From an uncultured delta proteobacterium (GTDB lineage: Bacteria; Desulfobacterota; Syntrophia; Syntrophales; UBA2185): a DNA stretch of 64,000 nt. Where the stretch lies: contig CAVOID010000007.1 of NCBI GenBank assembly GCA_963695875.1, forward strand, positions 98,918 to 162,917, read 5' to 3'. A model generated the notes under the pieces. It ran no database searches. It was not told the DNA's origin and saw only the letters and a program-made list of their open reading frames with translations. Below, piece by piece: positions 62,155-64,000 of the stretch. The stretch's first letter is position 1; each line of letters starts with the position of its first letter. The position numbers and the translations under genes were made by a program.

Positions 62155-64000
62155 ATGCAAAGAACAAATAGGAGCATCATAGATACTATCGGGAATACCC
62201 CCCTCGTGGAAATTCATAAGCTGAATCCTAACAATAAGGTTAAAATTTATGCGAAACTTGAGAGTTTCAATCCCGGGGGATCCGTAAAGGACAGGATAGC
62301 TCTTTATATGGTTAATGAAGCGGAAAAGAGGGGTGAACTGTCGAAGGGATAAGATCATTCTGGAGGCAACGAGTGGAAATACGGGTATCGGTCTTGCACT
62401 CATTGCTGCCGCCAAAGGGTTACAGATTGTGTCTGACTATGTCTGAATCCGTCAGTGAGGAAAGAAAAAAAATTCTTAAGGCGATGGGAGCAGAATTGTA
62501 CTTAACGCCGGCAAATCTCGGTACAGATGGTGCCATCGAAGTTGCATACAATATGATGCTGCAGAATCCGGGAAAGTATTTTGGGACGGACCAGTTTAAT
62601 AACTATGATAATATGATGGCGCATTATCATGGTACCGGTGAAGAGATCTGGCAGCAGACGAGAGGAGCTGTGACAATGGTGGTGGCAACCCTCGGCACGA
62701 CAGGGACAGCCATGGGAATTTCCAAGCGTCTTAAGGAATATAATCCTGAAATCCAGATCGTCGGAGTCGAGCCTTACCTGAAGCATAAAATCCAGGGGCT
62801 GAAGAATATGAAGGAATCTTACCGTCCCGGAATCTTTGACAAGAATAAGCTGGATGAGAAGATTAATATCCTCGATGAAGATGCGTTTGAAATGGCCAGA
62901 AAGCTGGCCCGGCAAGAGGGAATACTTGCAGGTATGAGTTCAGGTGCTGCCATGCATGTAGCTGTGCAGAAAGCCAGGGAAATGGATCATGGTTTCATCG
63001 TTGTGATTTTCCCTGACAGCGGTGAGCGGTATCTCAGCACCGAACTCTTTACCGATAAGGAACAATCTACGCTCCGTATATATAATACATTGACTAGGGA
63101 AAAGGAATTTTTCAAGCCGATTCAAGCCGAAGAGATCCTTATGCATTCGTGCGGTCCGACTGTTCATGAAGTACCGCATGTCGGAAACTATCGCCGGTTT
63201 GTCGTTTCCGACATGGTGAGGCGCTATCTTGAGTTTAAGGATTATAAAGTCAAACACGTGATGAATATTATTGATCTGGGACGACAGGTCTATCAAAGAA
63301 GCGGAACAGGCCAATATGGAACTGTCCGTATATACGGAAAGATGTACAAATGAGTTTTTCAACGATATCGTGAAAATTGAATTTAATACAGGAAGAGATC
63401 TATCCCCGAGCAAGCAAAAATGTTGAGACCATGGTGAAGCTTGTTGAGAAACTTGTGGAAAAGGGTTATGCATATGAAAAATTGAGGTCTGTATACTTCG
63501 ACATATCGAAGATCGATGATTACGGCCGTCTGTCACGTATTGACCTGAAAAAAGTTAAGGCCGGTAAAACGATTGATCTTGATGATTATGAAAAAGACAG
63601 CCCCATGGACTTTACTCTCCTGAAGCGATCTACTTTGAATGAATTAAAGAGGGGCATTTATTTCAAGACCCGCTGGGGAAATGTAAGGCCGAGCTGGCAT
63701 CTCGAATGTGCGGCCATTTCCCTTAGATATTTAGCGGATACCTTTGATATTCATGCCAGCGGAACGGATGTCGTCTTTCCACACTGTGAAAATATCATGG
63801 CCATTGGGAAAGCTGCCACAGGAAAGCGCATGGCGAACTACTGGATCAATACTGAACTGGTTATGGTGGACGGTAAAAAAATGTCCCGCTCCTTGAACAA
63901 TGATAACACTATTGAAGATTTGGAAGGAATGGGATATGGCGGCAGGGATATAAGATTTTTTCTTTTGAATACGCACTATCGCAAGCCGCTCAATTTTTCT
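62155..64000 (+). CDS. cysS: Cysteine synthase (CysK/CysM) fused to cysteinyl-tRNA synthetase; 3'-partial, several frameshifts
   Basis: [35 protein letters not shown] runs in frame into [17 protein letters not shown]; later [25 protein letters not shown]. Confidence 0.85.

Overview
Chromosomal segment of an anaerobic Desulfobacterota (former Deltaproteobacteria) bacterium, probably Syntrophales-like; this is inferred from gene content and protein style. Most of it is housekeeping and envelope genes: pgk, fbp, fba, leuB, nadD, fprA, a zraP/zraSR-type sigma54 module, an arn (L-Ara4N) operon with split arnA, a group 1 [NiFe] uptake hydrogenase with hypABC, MoxR-VWA, rimO-ftsK-plsC, rfaE1-yicC-gmk-rpoZ-pyrF-rlmB-pilC and tRNA-Pro(CGG). 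There is also a small AT-rich defence/TA islet and many short palindromic or MITE-like repeats. Many genes, including pgk and pyrF, are broken by single-base indels that look like long-read consensus errors, so they are called as CDS rather than pseudogenes. The most unusual items are: (1) a ~780-aa E/A/R/K repeat (single-alpha-helix-like) protein fused to an IS607-type serine-recombinase core that has lost its catalytic residues, preceded by a leader with a terminator and a competing pairing; (2) a cysteine synthase fused in frame to a CysRS domain with several non-canonical active-site residues; (3) an 834-aa membrane protein with a kinase-like N-terminus lacking the catalytic Asp; (4) an intact PD-(D/E)XK nuclease behind a truncated, apparently leaderless DNA methyltransferase. 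No CRISPR array, rRNA or intact transposase/integrase was seen. All family assignments come from motif recognition, not database searches.
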